A stretch of DNA of 64,000 nucleotides from Paraspadella gotoi (GCA_051294375.1 CM119266.1:12634592-12698591); one strand, 5' to 3'; positions 14,944 to 32,409 are shown, counted from the first letter of the stretch. The notes: generated by a model not told the origin, from the sequence alone. Numbers and translations: made by a program.

Positions 14944-15254
14944 TTTTTTTTTTTTTTTTTTTGTTCTTTCCTTTAAATTTCCGCGCGGTTTTTTTAAAAC
15001 GTTTTATTTTCATTTTATTTTTAAAAGCGCTTCGTTGCTTGTCCAATTTATTAAATTTTTTTTCAAGAGTTCAAAAAAAAAAGAATCTTTACAAATACGA
15101 AAGCGGATATATTTTTTCGCCCTTTACGAAGTTTATTTCCCTGCCCTTATTTTTGGCTGTTTATGGCGGATGATAAAGCCTTAGAATATGTAACAAGNNN
15201 NNNNNNNNNNNNNNNNNNNNNNGTACGCGTGCTTCGAAAGTTTCACCCTTCCTT

Positions 15255-15323
<69 letters not shown>

Positions 15324-15342
15324 TCTCTCTCTCTCTCTCGCT

Positions 15343-15391
<49 letters not shown>

Positions 15392-15812
15392 CCCGCCCAA
15401 TATTTTTTACTTCTCCATCGTCAAAAAAAAAAGAAATTTTTACTGTTGATAGTTATTGTTATCCTGTTAATCATATCATAATAATCAAATGGAATGAGTT
15501 ATTCCATCATTCGAATATGTACGTGTACAGAAATTGTTATAAATTAGCACTTTAATCACAATATCATGTCGTAAAAATAAAATAGAAAACTTAATGGGTA
15601 ACGCCAAACAGAGTGTTTTTCTTTCCTCTCGCGGGGTTTCACGAACCCTCATTGTTACAGTAAACGAGTTTAGTTGCCTCAGCCGACTCGAGAAGCGATG
15701 GAATGGGAAAAAGTTTTAGAGGCAACAACTCGGTCTCACTTCTTTTTTTTTTGGAGGGGGGGTTCAGCACTGGGGTTCAAAGAAGGGTTGCTACCCATGT
15801 TGTTATCTTCGG

Positions 15813-15895
<83 letters not shown>

Positions 15896-18279
15896 GAGAG
15901 AAGAGAGAGAGAGGTAAACGAGTAAAGAAAAAGAACAAAATAAAAGAAAGAAAACGAAAAAAGAAAAGAATACAAAGATGAAAACCAACAGAAAACAATA
16001 GACAAGAAAATATCCACAAAAAGTTATTCGTATTTGTCGCGACGTGGCCGAACGACAGACGGCGATCGAAAACAATATCGCGCCATAAAAAACAAAAAAA
16101 AACCATAGTTGGACCATAGTATGAGCCCATAGTGGGATGATCAAGTGGCAAAATGAGTTTTGGAAAAAAAAAACTGTGTCCGAAATTCCCTGGAACCTCG
16201 ACGCGGGGATTCTGAATTCTTTTTCGGCTACGAAGCGAAAAAAAAGTGCAGTAAACAAAGGTTCGCGTTTTCTCTCTTTTTGTTTTCATGGGTAAGGTTT
16301 TTGCGGCGGTCTTTATATTCTGATCTTTTACTGAAAAAAGTTAAAAAAAGAAAACATGGAAAACGAAAATAGAAAGTCAAGAGCGAAGAGGGGGAAAAAA
16401 GGAAGAAAAAAAAGAAGAAATAATAGTAGAAGAGGAGAAAAGCGGGAGAAGGCCGGAGCGATGAATATCTCCAGATAAAAAAACCCTTTTTTTTCCCCTC
16501 GAAGACACGAAGACATGATGTCCTGGCTAAATTTCGTACGAAGTTGAGCTCTGAGGATCTCCTTCGAATATTCGGCTCGGAATTCATGGAGCCGTGTTCA
16601 TGATTCAAATGTATTAGACGATTAGTGCTAATGTGTTAAAATTCATCGTTACAATCTATTTAAGCGATCTGTGCTTATGGTTTAAATATATTACAATGTA
16701 TTAATACGCTAACGTAATCTGAACGTACGATAGTGCTAATGTGTTAAAATTCTCCGATTACAAAAGTATTAACGCATTAGTGGCTAATTGTGTTAAATTC
16801 GAGAATTATTCTACTGCTCGAAACAACCAACCCTCCCTCTAAAAATACTTCCAACTTCTTAAACGTCGAATGTTTTGCCCAACTTTCGCTCTGCTATGTT
16901 TACCTTTGGCCGTTGCCGCCCTCAGATCGTCACTACCCGCCCTATTTCCACTATTCTCACGCTCGAGCTTTATTTCGCTTTCTAAACACGCCCCCCCGTA
17001 ACAGCCCTTCGGGCCCCTTTCTACGTCCTCTCGCGCTGGCTCTGATTTCCTTTTCACCCCCTCACCTTTCTCACCCCCCCAAACTCCGCTCAGACCGGCC
17101 CGTCTTGCTCTTTTTTTCCTTTCACTTATCCGACATATATTTGCCTGTCTTTTTTTTTTCTGCCTTCAGGGGGAGTTCGCCGTTTCCATGAACGACCGCG
17201 CGGATAGGACAAGAACGTTTCGATTTTGGAGTCGCGTCGCTCTTCTTTGTTGTGTTTCTTGGTCAATATACGTAAGACGTAAAGGCCGCGTGACGCGACT
17301 TATCAAGGCGACCTGATACGCAAAAAAAAAGGCGAACAAGGTAAGTGGGCTGCCGGCTGGCGTGAATGGTTTGTGCAGTCTACGCGGAATGAGCTTATCG
17401 TTTGGGCTGTCGACAAGAATTATCCCGAAATCAGGGCGTCAATTTGAGACAAAATATATATCGGCTGTCATTAATTAAGAGAAAATAGAATTAAGTCGTA
17501 ACACATCAGGGGGAGAAAGAAAATATATAAATAAAAAAATGTAATGGACGCGCCAGAGGGACAGAGAGGAAGGAAGGAGGGAAGGAACGGAAGGAACGAA
17601 GGAACGAAGAACGAAAGAACGAAACGAAGAACGACGACGAACGAACGGAACGAACGAACGAAAAGTGACAATCCATAAAGTAGTTCGTCTGTCCTTATAA
17701 ATATGATCTCGACAGGAGATTGCGAAGAGGTCGCCCTTGACTCTCGATGTGGCGCGCCGTTATCAGCAAACGGCGTGGAGGCTGCCGCTATCCGTTGGGC
17801 AATACCCGCAGCGGCGCCAACGACGCGGCCCCTCCGAACCGGTAGTGAGGCGCCGACGTCGAGTACGATGCCTATCACCCGGAGATGATTTACTTGACGT
17901 CGTTGGCCTCCGCATTAGAGGAATGGATCTACTTCTCTGGCTCTTCTCTCTCTCTCATCTCTCCATCTCTCTCCTCTCTACTCGCTCTCTCTCTCTCTCT
18001 CTCTCTCCTCATCTCTCCTTCTCTCTCTTTCTCCCAATGGCGAATCGCCATTGGTTCGTTTTGAGAGAGTCCGGCTGGACGGAACGTCAATGAGAGGTCT
18101 TCGTATAAGAGGAGAGGCCATGATTGGTCAAATCTACGGAACGGTCAGAACCAATCGGCCGGCTTTCGCGGGTCTTTTTTTGCGTGCCGAGCAAGTCGAA
18201 ATGAGATTAATCTGGGGAAGGGAAGGGAGAGGAAAGGAGAGGGAAATTGAGAGGCAAAGAAAAGTGAGAGAGAGAAGAC

Positions 18280-18313
<34 letters not shown>

Positions 18314-18748
18314 GAGAGAGAGAGAGAGAGTAGAAGAGAGAGAGCAGAGAGAGAGAGAGAGAGCCTGGCCGGCGGGAGAAAAAATGGAAGATCGACAACA
18401 AAATTGTTGGACGAGAACCCGAGGAAAACCGTTGGTGAAAAATGGGAGTCAGGAAAACTGAAAAGCTTCTTCTGGACTGGATAGTGTAGCTTTTTCTTCA
18501 GAAAGAATAAAAAGACTGTTTATTTATTTATTTATTTAAAAACGTATGAATTGATGGACTTGATCTTTTTAGTTATTCTTTAATTAGGATGACGTAAAAT
18601 ATATGTAGATACAATCGAAAATTGCCCAATTTTTTTTTAAATAAATTAAAAATACAAGATAAAAACAATTGAATCGGAAAAAAAACTGAAATGAACTTTA
18701 TATTATGCCAGTTACGAAGGCCGAATGATTGGAAATCTGCAGAGAGAG

Positions 18749-18806
<58 letters not shown>

Positions 18807-20547
18807 CGAGAGAGAGATGAGAGAGATAGAGGACAGACAATGAGAGAATAGAGAGAATAAAAGGCGGAGAAAATGAGATGCGGAGTTCATTTCACTGGAA
18901 AAGACGCGGAGTCTTTCTCGGCTTCAATGGAGCAAAGTGGACTGGGGGATCAGAGAGGCAGGAAGAGCCCCACAAATGGCTCGGACACATGTAATAAGTT
19001 TCCACAGTGGTTTAGCGGAAAGTTAAGTTATTTGTTCAACGGCGTGTTCAATAGATGCTCTGCGCACACTGAGCTAAATAAGAATGTTCTAAAAGAAATG
19101 CCAAGAAAGAATATCCTTAATGAAAAAGAGCGAAAATATTTGAAAGCCATCGATCTGTGTTGAGGTTTGGTACGTGGCTTTTCTTTTCTAAATAAATAGT
19201 TAATAGTAGCCGAGTCGTGACTGCGGAAAATGGTTTCGCTAAAAGAGTAAGGAGGGAAAAGGAGGAACAAGGAGAAAAAGGAAAGAAAAGAAAAAACGGG
19301 GAATTAAAGAGAAATAAAAGGGTCGTAAAATGAGGTGGCTGAGAGGTTGTGGTTGTGGAGGAAGCGAGGGTAGCAGGGTCGGGCAGCGAAGGAAAACATG
19401 GGTGGAAGGAAGAGAGAGAAAGAGATGAGAGAGGAGGATGCTTGGTAAGCTCGTGTATAGCAAAGAAAAGATATTAGATGAGAAAAGAAAAAGACAAAAT
19501 AAAAAAAAAACTAGCTATGCTCCAATAGAAAAGAGAAAAAGAAAACTAGAGATTATGAACGCAGTAGAGACAAAGGTTATGGAAGGGTCTAAGGAAACAA
19601 AGAAAGAACCGGTCGAGGGTAAGGGCAGCGAAAGAGGAACGGAGGGGAGGAGTTCGGATTATAGCCCGAGAATCGCGATCGGAATTGCCTTTTTTTATTC
19701 GCCATAAAGGGTGAACGGCGGGCCCCGAAAAATGGCCCCCCTAAGCGTCGGTACAGGGATCATTACTTTAAGATAGCTAAAGAGGCAAAAGTATTGAGCA
19801 CGCCAAGGAGAAAGAAGTGAGGATGGGAGAAGAGAGAGAGAACGAGAAGAGAATGAAGGGAGGACGAGAGAGAGAGAAGAGAAGAAGAGAATGAGAGGAG
19901 AGACGAGACGAGAGAGAGAGAGAGAGAGAGAGATTTACTCAATTAATTTACCGCGCACAATTGAAATGGATATGGGGCGGTGAAAGTCGATCAGACGTAG
20001 CACGTATCATAGGTATGATTGAAGCAACGGGAGCGCGATTGCTAGTCGGAGACGATTCCATCAAGAAAGGGATAAAAATAACTTCAATATTCTTCTTCGC
20101 GGGTCCGAGGACGTCGTTTCAGGAATCCAAGGCCTATCCTCTTTTTCTTTCTCTTTATTTTTTAGGGAGATAATAATAGGAAGGCAAGCGAAAATTTTAA
20201 TCAAATGTCGTCAGGCATTATTGACAGTTAATTTTTTAAAATATCTTTTTTCTCCGTTTAAGGTCTCACTTTCGATGTTGATTTGTTTTCTGTACGATTA
20301 AGGACGCCTTTGTTTTTCTTATCCTTTCTCTGCTTCGTTCAAACTTATATGTTCATTTGTTGGATTCCATCTTCACTCACGGTTTTGGCATAGCCCGCGC
20401 GGTAGAGGCGCATGTATTCTGTCTGGTTCTCACCGGCAATTTTTTTAATTTTTTTTTTTTTCGTTGTCGTCCATTTCTATTCCATCACTATTTCTGTTTG
20501 TCATTCTTTGTAGATGAATCACTGCGAAAAGCCTTTTCGTTAGAGAG

Positions 20548-20614
<67 letters not shown>

Positions 20615-23600
20615 GAGATGAGAGAGAAGAGAGATGAAAGAAATTTATATGGATTAGAAATGTAAATTGAAGAAGCGTCCTCAGTTGTCAATGCGGTTCT
20701 TTTCTTTCTTGTTCGATTTGACTCTTATTCAATAAACTTATTTACGTCAATTGTATAATACTTTGTGAAGCTAAACTGGACATTAAATACAAACTGGGAA
20801 AGACAGTTGTGAGAACTGCAAAGCTATTCTCTCTCTTTGCTCTGTCCTTCTTTCTCTCTTTTCTCTCTTTCTCCTCTCTCTCTCCTCTCTCTCTCTCTCT
20901 CTTCTTCTTCTTCTCTCTCTCTCTCTCTCTCTCTCTCTTTCACTCACAAGATCACGAATTACGACACCTTCTCGGCCGGCGTCTTCTGTCAGACGCTCGT
21001 GAATCAGCCCGCCCAGACGTACATCTGGTCCTTCCTGTTCTCCTCGACGAACGCAATGACGTCATAAGCCGTTAAACGGAAAGCATGAGCGTCGCCGAGG
21101 AAGAAAAACACTCACCGCGGGTCAAAAAAATTTTCCATTATCTCCGTTTTTCGAGAAGACTCGAGGAGGGTTCGTCCCGCTTTCTTCCCTCCTCCCCCGC
21201 ATGGCCACCGCTCCGCCCTCCCCCCCTCCCCCATCCGGCCCCCTCCCTCCATTTCTCTTTGCTTCTTTTTTGAAAAAGAAAAAAAATAGTGGCGTCTTTG
21301 ACATTTGACATTCATTATGCAAAGTTTTAACGGGATGGAAATTTGGTTACTGGGCGGGGACTTCGCCTCTGTTTCCCCTTTTTTGAAAAAGCAAAACAAG
21401 ACGTTGTGCTAAATAAACTCGAAACCGGGTAGGTCTTCATTCGTTGTGGATGGAAAAGTATTGATGATATCTTTCATATTCTAATTAAAATTGAAATTAA
21501 CGTAACAGAATTTCTGAACAAGCTATCACCATAAAACATATGGATTGAGAAGTTTAAAAATATCATTTTTTATACGTTTTCGCTAACTAAAATTTAATTT
21601 TAGTAACGCATAAACATTCTTCGGGTGAATAAAACTAGTATGTAAACTGAAACGAATCAGCTGACTACCTTACTTCTAGTCTTCTCCGACAATAAAGAAG
21701 TCAGACGCAAAATTCAAATTACCATTTCGCGGTGAGCTCGTCATCGTTGTCGTCGTCTCGTCGTCCGTCGTCGTGTCGTCTGCGCTCAACCCTAACGCCC
21801 GCGCCACAGAGAGACCCATTGAAATGATAATTGATTACTCCTGGCGCTTCCTGTTCGCTATTATGGGCCTTAAAAATTCATCGCCTCTTTCTTCGAAATT
21901 AAAATTTTATTGGAGTCGGTAAATAGAAATGTCAAGTTGTGCCGTTAGCACTTAGGCGGTGTTCTCTGGCTAGTCTCTTCATCGCTTCTTTGTACAACCT
22001 CAACGATCTTCTCAACACCACCTTTTTTTTCGAATATTTAGTCGCCTCCACCCTCAAAACTAATAGTCTTTCTACATTCATCACTCAATCACATCTCTCT
22101 CTTCTCTGGGTCTGCCGCTCTCTCTCCTCTCTCTCTCTCTCGGCTCTTTCTCTCTCTCTCTCCTTCTCCTCTCTCTGCTGGTCTCTCTCTCTTCTCTCTC
22201 TCTCGTCTCGTATCATTAATCCCGGGATGGTTCCCTCTCACCTTTTTCAGTTTCTACGTCTTCGCCAAATATTCCACTTTTAAAATTATTCCTAATTCCC
22301 CTTTTTTCTCCATTGCCTGGTTGATAAGGTTTTTCCAATGGACAATGTCCAATGTCCAAGGTTAGCCCTTTAAGTCGGACGCGATATTGGAGGACCGCGT
22401 GTCGCGTAATAGATTTATTTATATTTCGGGCGTTAGCTTTTTCCAGAGTTCTAATCTCTGATTTAACGAAATCTATTTTAAGTGGTGCCAGCTATATATA
22501 CACCTTTCTGGAGAAACTAATGTCATTCTCCACATCATTTGTCTTCTTATGGCCAACTATAAAGAAGGAAAGGAAAAAAAAAACAAGTATATGCGTAGGC
22601 AATACATCAAACCGACTGGATAACGACACACTCAGTTAATGCTGCAACAGCCGCTCCATCATACGCTTACTCTCCTCCTGATTGCTCAAAACCAAATCCC
22701 GTCTTTTCTCAGAAATGCCTTTCCGCGCGAGAGAAGAAACCTAGTGGCGCGCGCTCCCAGCGGATTTTTGCCATTTTCATCGGCCGCAAGGAACAGAAGA
22801 GAGCAACGAATGGCGAACAAAACCGACCTGTTGCTGCCATCTTTCGGGCGACGGAGAAAACCGAAACCGCGGATGGCGACTTGGGCTCTCTTTCGATTGG
22901 ACATATGAGCAGACGGAAAAAAATTGCAGCTAGTTGCGCCGAGGAACAGTCTTAATGTAAAACACAGTGACAGAAGCGCGTAAAAGGATGTAGCACCCTA
23001 TCCGCTTATCTCGCGTGGACAAAGAATCAGTTTCCTTTTTTTTTCTCGCAAAACTAACTGACTGCACGCTTGGGATATAATTCAATGGTTTGGCGCGCGT
23101 TCTATGGCCAAGGGCCGGGCGGATTCTCCATGACAAGACGAACGAGGGTTAAAAATAAGTCCCGACGACTCTCCGATTTTTTGATCCGATTTATCCCGAG
23201 ATTGAATTACCGTTGTTTCCGAGTTAAAGTGAGCAAGATTAGGAAAGGTCTGGTGAAAGGAAGAAAAAATGAAGCGTTAAAATCGTGGTTTTTTATACGA
23301 ACAATAACTACTTATTAGGCTAAGATTATATTTTAATCAACTTTAAAATTTAGTACACTTTGGATTTACGTAAGTAGTTTTAATTTGCCTTTATCCCAAA
23401 AAGGAAGTTTTTCACGCTATTCAAATTTAAAAACCTGATAATTTTGACGCCGCCTTCTCAAGATGCGTCGTTTTTGGTGACGCTGTCCGTTGAAAGCCGT
23501 TCTCTGCAGTTGCCCGTCGCCGTGAATGCGCGAAGTTGCCGCGGCCCTTATCTCTGACGCCCGTCGCCGTTTGGCGCTAGCTGTTGGCGGCGAGTGCAGA

Positions 23601-25669
23601 AACTGTGGCCTGGGAAAAAAAAATCAGATGGATAGGAAACATATATTTCTACGAACTCGGCAAAACGTTCATTTCGTTATATTAGTTTTAACTTTCACAT
23701 GTAATCATAATAAAAATAAATAATAATCGTTTGCTTTGAACTAAAAATTTACATTATTATTAAGAATTTTCAATAAATAATAGCACGATAAATGACAGGA
23801 TATAACTTGTTTGAAACTTTCGTCTAAACTCTTCCTAAACAAAAAAAGCCGCAATTTAAATTTGACCAAGACGGAAAAGACACTTACCGTTGTGTGCGAA
23901 GACGGGTTGGGCCTGCATCTGGAGTATTGGGGTGAGGGTAGGCAGCATTTCCGGGTTTGATGCAAGACGCCTAGCAGATAAAAAATGTAGATAAAAAATT
24001 TGGATTTGCTTTCCAAATATTTTTTTTTTCACAACTCAAATTTACATCAAATAACTCAATAAAAACTAAAGACGTCGAAAAGAGTTATTATTTTCATAAA
24101 TATCGAGACTCAGGAAGGGACTGGAAAAGGTCGCAGCCAAGCTGCTTGCCGAAGTGCTCTTCGTCTTTAATTTTAGATTATAACAGTATTATCTACCCAA
24201 AAATTTTTTACTAACGTACTTTTTTGACTCTCTTGTGCGTTCTTTACTAAATCTAAATCTTTCCTGAATACGATGAACTCGCCTTTGATTAGGAACGAAT
24301 CCGTGAGGGCGTAGGCGAGGGAATCCATTGTACCTGCGGGAAGCGGCTCCGTCCGCGGCTCCTCCCACGAAGCCGACGCCTGATATGATTTTGGATTTAA
24401 CCTCTTTATACTTCTTTAATCGTGAATATAAGACTTCTTTGACCCTGATTCCTACCAGCATTTACAAAAAAAAACCACAACAAAACGACTAAACCGAAAA
24501 TTGGCCGAAAGGGGCCTTACTTGGGGCCGGCGCCACGACGGCGCTCATGTCCATAGGGACGTTGGCGCTTTGGGCGTGGCATGGGCGAACCCGTCGCCGG
24601 GTTGGAATGATTCTAGGAAAATTAGGACAGTGGCATGATAATGATGATATTGAAGATAAAAGTGATTTATGCCATGATTTTTGTAGTCACCTTAGACAAA
24701 CCAAATGATTCCAAAAAAATTGATTGGGGCCAAGAATACAATTAAATTCACATTTAATATCTCTCCTTAATTTTTATGACGTCTGAAAAAATCTTGAAAA
24801 ATATTGAAATTTCAACAGGTAAAAACTTTTATTTCTCTACTATTAAGCAGAAAAATGAAATGGTTTCGTCTATCTGTCGTCTCTGCGGTCTGGTTATATA
24901 TTTTTTTCTGTCGTACTTCTTATTTTTTCAGGCATAATCATTTAAAAGTACTATATTCAGGGACAAATCCAAAAAATATTTTTACAAAGTCTAAGTATGA
25001 GCAAAGAAAACAGAACCACACTAAATAAGGAAGTAAAAAATAATAACTATAACGGACGACGACGACGACGACGACTGACGACGACGACGACGACGACGAC
25101 GGACGACGACGACGACGACGACGCAACGAAGCAAAGGCGAATTACGTAGAGGAGGTAGATATCGGCCTTTCAAGAGAAACGACACATACGATTGCGGCAT
25201 AAGGCGTGGCCGGCGGCGGCGGCTGTGCGAGATGGCTCGCGGCCCATAAGGGTAGAGACAGGGCGCGGATGGACGAGCGATTAATTGCGTCTCGGTCGCT
25301 CTGGTGCGAAAATAAATCTTGCGGCTTGCTTCCGGTTCGTGGATATCTTTTTTTTTTTACATAAGCACGCTTTCTATCTAAGTTGCTTCCCTATTTCCGT
25401 GAACAATCCTGGATACGTTGGTCTTAACGGTTCTTGTTAAAATGCCTTCAAATTACAAACCAGCAACGCGAAACGAGCATCCAGCCAGTCAGAGATAGAG
25501 ATACAATTACAGAGCAATACGACTAAATGGGCAAATTTCAGAAAAGAAGAAAAAAAACAAATTACAAAGTAATTATCTTTTTAACTTTGGCAGATATCGA
25601 ACTTTAAACGAGACCACTATTCCTCTCCATTTCTCTCTCTTGTCTGCTTCTCTCTCTCTCTCTCTCAAT

Positions 25670-25703
<34 letters not shown>

Positions 25704-25707
25704 TCTA

Positions 25708-25765
<58 letters not shown>

Positions 25766-25854
25766 CCGTAACATAAGAAAACGCGGGGAGTTAGATGCCA
25801 AAAGCAAGGTCAACGTCGATGTTCTTAAAGATACTATCTTCACTTCCTCTCCTC
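14944..25854 (+). repeat. Direct re-copy of about 4008-14943
   Basis: Colinear throughout; about 24600-25854 appears identical to about 13690-14943; both copies end at cacttcctctcctc. Confidence 0.9.
23435..24612 (-). pseudogene. Second indel-riddled copy of exons 3-6 of the - strand gene
   Basis: Colinear with 43581-44713; frameshifted. Confidence 0.55.
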
Positions 25855-27385
<1,531 letters not shown>

Positions 27386-27490
27386 NNNNNNNNNNNNNNN
27401 NNNNNNNNNNAAAAAGAGAGAGATAAATGTTATTCCACTCTCCTCATTTTTTTTCTCTCTCTCTCTCCTCTTATGTCTCTCTCTGCGCAG

Positions 27491-29841
27491 GCGCGTCCGC
27501 CGCTTTCGCTACGCACCACAAACACAACCTCCTTTTTACGACGCTCCCTCTGTGATAAACTCCGGCGGGGGCGCCGCCCTAGCGGCCAACGGCCGTCATC
27601 CACGACCATAACGCCGTTTTATTGAGGGGATTCCGCATCCGGAAAACCGGAGAAATGAACAAAGATATCGGTGGTGAGTTTCGAGAAGTTTTGATATCGA
27701 AATGAAGGATGAAGAAAATGGCGTCCTTGAGGCAAAGAACTTTATAAACCGCCGCCAGTTTTATGGGATTCTTTACAAACCACAACCCAACTAAGGGTGT
27801 AATTTATTTTTTGCCCATGTTTTTAAAACATAAATCTTCTTTGAAGGAATTTAAGACAAAGAAGAATCTTTTCCGAGAAAAGCTTACCTTCCGTCCTAGG
27901 GTTTAGTTTTTAAAATAGGAATTCTCCGACGGCGAAAGACTTCGTCTCCAGCAGAGATCTTGAAATTTGATGGAAACCGTCGAGGCCAGAAACTTATTTT
28001 AGGTTCGATAAAAGATGCAAGAGTTTAATCCTCTCGCTCTCTATCGGAGTTCCCTCTCTCTCTCTCCGCGCTTCTCTCTTTTCAATTGCCGTCCCTCCCG
28101 ATTATTATTCGCAGACGATCCCCTGCAGCCCATGACCATCACCCCGACGGAATACCCCACGCTGCTCAAGACAGCCCTTTGATGCTTCGACCGGGCCTCG
28201 TGCCCGTTCCCGACCTTTCCCGCCCCTGACGCCCCCTCTGGGAATGAGCCGACCGGGCTCGGTGCCCCCGACGTCGTGCCTCGTCGTCGCCCGGCAGAGA
28301 CGCCGCGAACGGCGCGACGACGGCGCATTATTCGCTGCAGCGGCGACAGCCGGGCGTATAGAGCCACGCCTTTGCCTCGTTACAACGGTAATGCGGGAGA
28401 GGGTGGGGGGGAAGTAATTAGATGGCACTGAGGGCGAAAAGTTGGATGGAAACAAAATTGAAAAGACAATGAATGACAATGACATTTTAGTGTGGTTTTT
28501 GTCTTCGTTAAGGCAAGAAAAACGTTTCAAAAATGTTTATTATTCTTAAACATTTAATTAAAATAAATATTTAATTTTCTAACCCCACCTTTTCCGAACA
28601 GATCTTCCGCACCCCCTCGCTGACGGAAGAGATGGACAACGACGACGACACGACGCTCCTCGACGCGCGACTCCAGCGTCCGGATGTACGAACAGGAGCG
28701 CGACATCTCTACAACAACATCGTGGAGAGTCTTCGGGCCTGGAGACGCTGAGGAAGCAAGTCCGAGAGGAACGCCCTTGCTGCTAGTCTAGGAGAACGCA
28801 AATCGCTGGACCCAGGTTCGAGGCTTGTTAATTATTATTGTATATTATATATTGTTTTTTAAAAGGTTTTTTTTTTCTCTTCTACCTCCCTTCAAACAGG
28901 CCCAAGGCGAAGCGGACAGCTCGAGACCGTCAAGCGGGCCCTTCATCCCCCACCCCGACCGCGCAGCGCCCTCGACCCAGAGCCCGGTCATTCAGCCCGC
29001 GCGGGCCCGCCGACCCCGCGGGCCGCCATCCTGGACCCTATAGCCAGCCTCCCTCTCGCCGGTCAAGCGGCGCCTCGTCTGCCGGAAACGCCGTCGCCCG
29101 GCGCCGCTAGTCTCCACTCCTCCTCTTCCCCCTCCCCTCCTCCTCATCGATCTCGCCCAATCAGAATCGTCACGGCGTCACATTCGACGAAGCGGCGGCG
29201 GCGGCGAAACCTCGCTCGCGCCAAAACCGTCGCCGCCGCCGCCGCCGGCGTCAAGAACGAAGAACGCCGCGCGACGAGAGACGGTCCGGCGCCGAAAAAG
29301 CGCCGGTCGAGGGACGCCGGCGTTGACGATTTGCGATTTCGTTGACCGGCGAAAAGCGGCTGTGAAAACTCCCATCTCCATTTTGAAAAACGGCGGCGGC
29401 GGCGTCGGCGTCAAGCCGCTCCAGAGAGGCACCGCCAATGCCGGTCGGGTCGCACCGAGTCGAGACCCCGTCGAAATCCTTCAGCGCCGCCCACCAGGTC
29501 GCCCAAGGCGAAACCGCGCGAGCGACGTGACGAAGACGACGACGATGAAGACGACGACGACGTCACGCGGTTCTTTATCTCCACGACGCCGACGACGACG
29601 ACGGCGAAACCGGCGACGGCGACGATCCGATCGACGACGGGCGGCGTCGGCGGCGTCGCCTCAGGACTCCCAGAAGACTCCAAATCAAAATCTTCCGAGG
29701 AGAGGGCGCGACTGATCGACCGCCGTCTTTGACGAGACTCGTTCCGGCGCCAAGTCGCATCCGGCGACAGATTCTCGGCGAAAGTCCGGAATCAAGGAAG
29801 GGGCGGAAAATTCGTCCGCTTCTCAAAAGACTCTTGGTTGA
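27491..29841 (+). pseudogene. Frameshifted re-copy of exons 3-6 of the + strand gene (probably assembly/consensus error rather than a true pseudogene)
   Basis: Colinear with 1641-4003, with many 1-nt indels and few substitutions; starts just after the 25-N gap at 27386-27410. Confidence 0.6.
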
Positions 29842-30661
29842 CGATTTTTTTTTTTTTTTTTTTTTTGTTCTTTCCTTTAAATTTCCGCGCGGTTTTTTAA
29901 AACGTTTTATTTTCATTTTATTTTTAAAAGCGCTTCGTTGCTTGTCCAATTTATTAAATTTTTTTTCAAGAGTTCAAAAAAAAAAGAATCTTTACAAATA
30001 CGAAAGCGGATATATTTTTTCGCCCCTTTACGAAGTTTATTTCCCTGCCCTTATTTTTGGCTGTTTTATGGCGGATGATAAAGCCTTAGAATATGTAACA
30101 AGGTACGCGTGCTTCGAAAGTTTCACCTTCCTTTCTCTCCTCTCTCTCTCTCTCTTCTCCATCTCTCTTCTCTCTCTCCTTCTCTCTCTCTCTCTCTCTC
30201 TCTTCTTCTCTCTCCTCTCTCTCTCTCTTTCCCGCCCAATATTTTTTACTTCTCCCGATCGTCAAAAAAAAAGAAATTTTTACTGTTGATAGTTATTGTT
30301 ATCCTGTTAATCATATCATAATAATCAAATGGAATGAGTTATTCCATCATTCGAATATGTACGTGTACAGAAATTGTTATAAATTAGCACTTTAATCACA
30401 ATATCATGTCGTAAAATAAAATAGAAAACTTAATGGTAACGCCAAACAGAGTGTTTTTTTTCTTTCCTCTCGCGGGGTTTTCACGACCTTCATTGTTACA
30501 GTAAACGAGTTTAGTTCGCCTCAGCCGACTCGAGAAGCGGGATGTGATGATGGGAAAAAGTTTCAGAGGCAACAACTCGGTCTCACTTCTTTTTTTTGGA
30601 GGGGGGGTTCAGCACTGGGGTTCAAAGAGAGGGTTGGCTACCCATGTTGTTATCTTCGGAC

Positions 30662-30758
<97 letters not shown>

Positions 30759-32409
30759 AAGAGAGGGTAAACGAGTAAAGAAAAAGACCAAAAAAAAAGA
30801 AAGAAAAACGAAAAAAGAAAAGAATACAAGAGAGTAAAAAAGTGGATCGGAAAACCAACAGAAAACAATAGGACAAAAAAAATATCCACAAAAAGTTATT
30901 CGTATTTGTCGCGACGTGCCGAACGACAGACGGAGCGATCGAAAACATAATCGGCCTATAAAAACAAAAAAAAAACCATAGTTTGGGACCATTAGTATGA
31001 GCCCATAGTGGGATGATCAAGTGCAAAATGAGTTTGGTGAAAAAAAAAAACTGTCCGAAATTCCCTGGAACCTACGACGCGCGGATTCTTGAATTCTTTT
31101 TCGGCTACGGCGAAAAAAAAGTGCAGTATAACAAAATTTGGGTTCGCGTTTTCTCTTCTTTTTTTTTCCATGGGTAATTTTTGGGGGTCTTTTATATTCT
31201 GATCTTTTACTGAAAAAGTAAAAAAAAAAAAGAAAGAAAACTATGGAAATATCCAAGAGAGAAGAAGGCGGGAAAAAGAGGAAGAAAAAAAAGAAGAAAT
31301 ACATAGTAGAAGAGAAAAGCGGGAGAAGGCGGAGTGATGAATATCTCCAGATAAAACCTTTTTTTTCCCCTCGAACAGAAGACATGATGATCCTGGCTAA
31401 ATTCGTACGAGTTGAGCTCTGAGGATCTTCTTCGAATTCGGCTCGGAATTCATGACCGTGTCATGATTCAAATGTAATTAGACGATTAGTGCTATGTGTG
31501 TTAAAATTCATGATTACAATTATTAACGATCTGGCTAATGCGTTAAAATTCATGATTACAAAAGTATTAACGATAGTGCTAATGTGTTAAAATTCTCGAT
31601 TACAAAGTATTAACGATTAGTGCTAATGTGTTAAAATTCGAGAATTATTCTACTCTCGAAAACCAACCTCCTCTACAAAATACTTCCAACTTCTTAACGT
31701 CGATGTTTGCCCAATTTTCGCTCTGCTATGTTTACCTTTGGCCGTCCGCCCTCAGATCGTCACTACCCCTATTTCCACTATTCTCGCTCGAGCTTTATTT
31801 ACCTTTACCCCCCCCCTCAACCCTCGGGCCCCTTTCTACTCCTCTCGCCTGGCTCTGTTTACCTTTTCACCCCTCCTTTCCCCCCCCAAACTCCGCTCGA
31901 CCGGCCCGTCTTGCTCTTTTGTTTCCTTTCACTTATCCCGACATATATTCCTTCTTTTTTTTCTTCTGCCTTCCGGGGAGTTCGCCGTTTCCATGACGAC
32001 CCCGGATAGGCAAGAACGATTTTGCGAAATTTGTTTGAGTCGCGTCGCTCTTCTTGTTGTTTTTGTCAATATACGTAAGAACGTAAAGCGCGTGACGCGA
32101 CTTATCAAGGCGACCTGATACGCAAAAAAAAAGGCAACAAGGTAAGTGGGCTCCGCTGCGTTGGAATGGTTGTGCATCTACGCGGAATGAGCTTATCGTT
32201 GGCGTCGACAAGAATTATCCCGAATCAGGGCGTCAATTTGAGACAATATATATCGGCGTCATTAATTAAGAGAAAATCAGAATTAAGTCGTAAACACATC
32301 AGGGGGAGAAAGAAATATATAAATAAAAAAATGGTTGGACGGCTCAGAGGGACAGAGAGGAAGGAAGGAGGGAAGGAAGGAAGGAACGAAGGAACGAAGG
32401 AACGAAAGA